Shown here in pieces: positions 60,741 through 64,000 of a DNA stretch of 64,000 nucleotides. The position numbers and the translations under genes are program-made. Below the pieces are notes generated by a model. That model searched no databases and was not told the DNA's origin. It saw nothing but the letters and a program-made list of their open reading frames with translations. Position 1 is the stretch's first letter; each line of letters opens with the position of its first letter. This stretch comes from Promethearchaeota archaeon (GTDB lineage: Archaea > Asgardarchaeota > Lokiarchaeia > Sigyniarchaeales > SOKP01), in NCBI GenBank assembly GCA_019058365.1, contig JAHPZE010000015.1, forward strand, positions 1 through 64,000, read 5' to 3'.

Positions 60741-63700
60741 TTATCTTAAATCTTTAGGTTTTGGAATTGAAAAGTAAAACGTTGATCCTTTTCCTGTTTC
60801 CGATTCTACCCAAATCTTACCTCTATGGAGTTGAACTATTTTTTTACACACAGCTAAGCCAATTCCAGTCCCTTCATATTCACTTCTTTTGTGTAAACGT
60901 TGAAAAATTACAAATAGACGATCAAAATTTTTTGGATCAATTCCTATTCCATTATCTTTAACAGAGAACAAATATTCGTTTTCTTTTACTTCGCTAGAGA
61001 TATGTACTTCTGGAGTTTCTCCTCCATGAAATTTCATCGCGTTGGAAATCAAATTTTGTAGTAATTGTATCATTTGAGATTCGTCACCGAATATCACAGG
61101 TAAAGGATCTCTTAATATTTTAGCTTTATTATCTTGAACCTGACGACTTAGATTCATTAAAACAGTTTCAAGAATTCTATTCATTTCTATTTTTTTAAAG
61201 GGATTCCCATTAGATCCAACTCGAGAATACTTCAATAAGTCTTGAATTAATTTTTCCATTCTTGTGACCCCCTCTATAGAAAAATTAATGAAATCATTTG
61301 CATCTTTCTCTAATTTATTTTGATATCGTTTTTGTAATAATTGATTGAATGTTTTAACCATTCTTAATGGTTCTTGAAGATCATGGGAGGCAATATATGC
61401 AAAGTGCTCTAAATCTTCATTAGAACGCTTTAAATCATTTAAAGTATTTTTTAGATTTTCATTTAACACATCACGTATAAAAAATGTTTGGATCAATTCA
61501 CAGATTCCTTCTATTAAGGCTCTTTCCTCTTTCAAAAATGGGCTCTTATCTTTTGATAGCACTAATTTCGATTGAAAAACTTCTAATTGTCCTATCTCAC
61601 TTGAATCCATTAACAATGGATTCATTAATCTGAATTCGGATTCAATAAAATTTTTTGAAATATATTCTTTATTATTAATTGTTAATCGAACAGAAGTAAT
61701 TTCTGGATTATGAAAAGCTTCTGGAATCCGATCTATTATTGATTGAAACAATTCTTCTTGTTTCATATTAGATTTACTTAACAGTTTAGAAATATCATAA
61801 AGACAGGTCCTTTCCTTTATCCGTTCTTTTAGTTTTTTTTCAGCTTTCTTACGCTCGGTGATATCCATTCCATAAACATTTACATAACTTGTTCCTTTTA
61901 TTGGTGTAATAAATAGTGAATAGAAATAATTGTTGAGTACTACTTCTAAAATCTGAGTCGCATTTTCTTCAAATGCTCTATTAATGCCTTCTCGCAATAA
62001 AGTAGGAATTCTATGACCAACTTTTATGTTAAATAAGTCTAATCCTGTTTGATTTGCATACAGGACAAACTCTTTACTTATACGTAATACTGGATTTGGA
62101 TTCTCTTCGGGAAATTTTGCTAAATTTACAACTTCTTCTTCTGCTTTTTTCCGGTCTGTAATATCTCTTGAAATCAATAACCCTTTTTTCAATCCATCTT
62201 TATTTATAAATGTTCTCCCTTTAACTTCAAACCATAAATATGTCCCATTTTTTTTCCTCATTCTTGCTTCTCCTATCCCTTCCCCTGTTTCAAAGCCTTT
62301 CTTTAATTTTTTAGAGACTTCTTTAAAATCATCTGGGTGAATAAAATTTAAAGCAGATTTACCTAATAAATCTTCATATAAATACCCCATTAATTCTTTA
62401 TGAACTTGTTCGTTGATATATTCATATTTAGAGTTCTGATCCAGGATAACAATTAAATCATTCGCATTTTCAGATATAAGACGATATTTTTCTTCAGACT
62501 CTTTTAATTGGTGTTCGAGAGTTTTACGGTTAGTAATATCTATAGATGCAATTACATGTGCTGGTTTTCCCTCAAAATGGATTTGCATGCCATGGCTAGC
62601 AACCCATAATATTTCTCCTGTATCATTAATTACACGATATTCAAGATGTTTCAAAGCATCAGGAGAATTATTAAGAGTCTTTCTAACATTTTCTCTAAAT
62701 AGATTTAAGTCATCAGGATGAATATTTTCAAAAATTCTTTTAATATTCCATTTAGATATTTCACTAACAGGAATGCCAGTTATATTAGCTGATTGTGGAT
62801 TAGCATATTTAACTTTATTATCCTGAATAATAATTAATTCCATCGGTGATTGTTCAGCAATTACCTTAAACTTTTCTTCAGATTCTTTCAATTTTTGCTG
62901 TGTAAGTTTAGCTTCGGTAATATCAATTATCATGGCTAGATCCGCAAATTTTCCATTGTATGTAATCGATGTAGCAAAGATCTCTACCCAAATAGTTTCA
63001 CCAGATTTTTTAATACATTTTACTTGATAACGATTTAAAACGTCTTGATCTCCTTTTTGCTTTTTTGTTAATTGTTGCTTTACTTTTTCTCTATCATCAG
63101 GATGAATAAATTTAAGATGATCTTCCAAATTCCATCTCAGTATTTCTTCAACAGAATAACCACTAATTTCCACCCATTGCTGGTTAATATATATCGTCCG
63201 ATTATCTTGTAAGATTTGTATGCCTATTAATGATTGCTCAGTAATGGTTCTGAATTTTTCTTCGGATTCTTTTAAATTTTGTTCCATTATTTTATTTTCA
63301 GTTATTTCTTGAACCCATAATATTAATTTTTTCGGCTGACCTATTGAATTATATTGATATTTTCTTGTTCCTGATAACCATTTGATCTCTTTATCTTTAG
63401 ACATAATTCTAAATTCAATTTTTCGATTATCAAGATTTTTCGTAAAGTCTCTAAAATCCTCTGGATAAAGAATCTTATAAAAAAGTGTTTCATTTTCTAG
63501 CTCTTGTCTTTCATAACTAATAATCTCCAAAAATTTTGGATTTATATAATCTACTTGTCCGCTCTCTAAATTGATTTCTAAAAATCCCATTGTTGATGTT
63601 TCTATCAAATTACGATATTTTTCCTTAGAAGTCTTTAATTTCTGTTCTGTTAAATTTTTTGAGCTTATATCAGTGAAACTTTTTATAATACCTACTAATT

Positions 63701-64000
63701 CATCATTCAAGTTATATAAAGGATAATTATTGACGATGTAAAATAACAGTTTTCCATCATTAAATTCTTTAGTTATTTCATATTCATATTGTTCTTTACC
63801 AGATAAAATTTGCTTGAGAGAGCATTCCGGAGTAGAGCACAAATTTCCTTTCCAAATATCATAACATTTCTTTCCAATTATATCAGTTTTTTTTAATTGA
63901 AAAAGATTGCAGAATCGTTCATTTACCTTCATAATGTTATAATCTAAATCGGTAACATACATCGGATTTGATGCTGCAAAGATTTGATAGAATTCAGAGT
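60741..64000 (-). CDS. Multi-PAS histidine kinase, 5'-truncated by the window edge
   Basis: At least five PAS/PAC units (HPDD...DITExK); SHDLQEPLR, NLISNA, DNGIGI; frame stays open from 63962 to the window end. Confidence 0.92.
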   Translation of the reverse strand, partial: SEFYQIFAASNPMYVTDLDYNIMKVNERFCNLFQLKKTDIIGKKCYDIWKGNLCSTPECSLKQILSGKEQYEYEITKEFNDGKLLFYIVNNYPLYNLNDELVGIIKSFTDISSKNLTEQKLKTSKEKYRNLIETSTMGFLEINLESGQVDYINPKFLEIISYERQELENETLFYKILYPEDFRDFTKNLDNRKIEFRIMSKDKEIKWLSGTRKYQYNSIGQPKKLILWVQEITENKIMEQNLKESEEKFRTITEQSLIGIQILQDNRTIYINQQWVEISGYSVEEILRWNLEDHLKFIHPDDREKVKQQLTKKQKGDQDVLNRYQVKCIKKSGETIWVEIFATSITYNGKFADLAMIIDITEAKLTQQKLKESEEKFKVIAEQSPMELIIIQDNKVKYANPQSANITGIPVSEISKWNIKRIFENIHPDDLNLFRENVRKTLNNSPDALKHLEYRVINDTGEILWVASHGMQIHFEGKPAHVIASIDITNRKTLEHQLKESEEKYRLISENANDLIVILDQNSKYEYINEQVHKELMGYLYEDLLGKSALNFIHPDDFKEVSKKLKKGFETGEGIGEARMRKKNGTYLWFEVKGRTFINKDGLKKGLLISRDITDRKKAEEEVVNLAKFPEENPNPVLRISKEFVLYANQTGLDLFNIKVGHRIPTLLREGINRAFEENATQILEVVLNNYFYSLFITPIKGTSYVNVYGMDITERKKAEKKLKERIKERTCLYDISKLLSKSNMKQEELFQSIIDRIPEAFHNPEITSVRLTINNKEYISKNFIESEFRLMNPLLMDSSEIGQLEVFQSKLVLSKDKSPFLKEERALIEGICELIQTFFIRDVLNENLKNTLNDLKRSNEDLEHFAYIASHDLQEPLRMVKTFNQLLQKRYQNKLEKDANDFINFSIEGVTRMEKLIQDLLKYSRVGSNGNPFKKIEMNRILETVLMNLSRQVQDNKAKILRDPLPVIFGDESQMIQLLQNLISNAMKFHGGETPEVHISSEVKENEYLFSVKDNGIGIDPKNFDRLFVIFQRLHKRSEYEGTGIGLAVCKKIVQLHRGKIWVESETGKGSTFYFSIPKPKDLR

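Noticed and set aside
2159-60961. Short antisense or alternate-frame ORFs in the track (e.g. 2159, 7602, 8753, 24045, 26573, 41545, 45406, 52401)
   Set aside because: They lie within well-supported genes and show no motifs; treated as shadow ORFs

Overview
Strongly AT-rich, gene-dense archaeal DNA, most likely from an Asgard archaeon of the Lokiarchaeia/Promethearchaeota type. This is inferred from roadblock- and longin-fused small GTPases, 7TM-longin proteins, an aSelBL-like factor and archaeal lipid genes. The main blocks are: (1) transport, 7TM-longin paralogues, two orphan DNA methyltransferases and a roadblock-Rab fusion (1-12 kb); (2) phosphoesterases, a GH38 mannosidase and a geranylgeranyl reductase (12-20 kb); (3) a near-complete mevalonate/isoprenoid supercluster (21.6-35 kb); (4) a GCS2 ligase, corrinoid pair, HEPN/MNT pair and amidohydrolase (35-45 kb); (5) a longin/Rag GTPase cluster (45-48 kb); (6) a two-component array with an rsbRST-type stressosome (48.6-64 kb). 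Two recoding signals are missed by the ORF track. First, mevalonate kinase is split inside its conserved GE|H motif by a 31-nt insertion (26607-26637) that folds into a bulge-helix-bulge splice motif, making it a candidate tRNA-endonuclease-type mRNA intron in a core lipid gene. Second, the hypothetical gene ending at 9566 extends upstream through an in-frame UGA (8685-8687) and has a eukaryote-like SECIS hairpin in its 3' UTR, making it a candidate selenoprotein of a family I do not recognise. No rRNA, tRNA, CRISPR array or transposase was seen. All calls are by eye, and no database searches or folding software were run.
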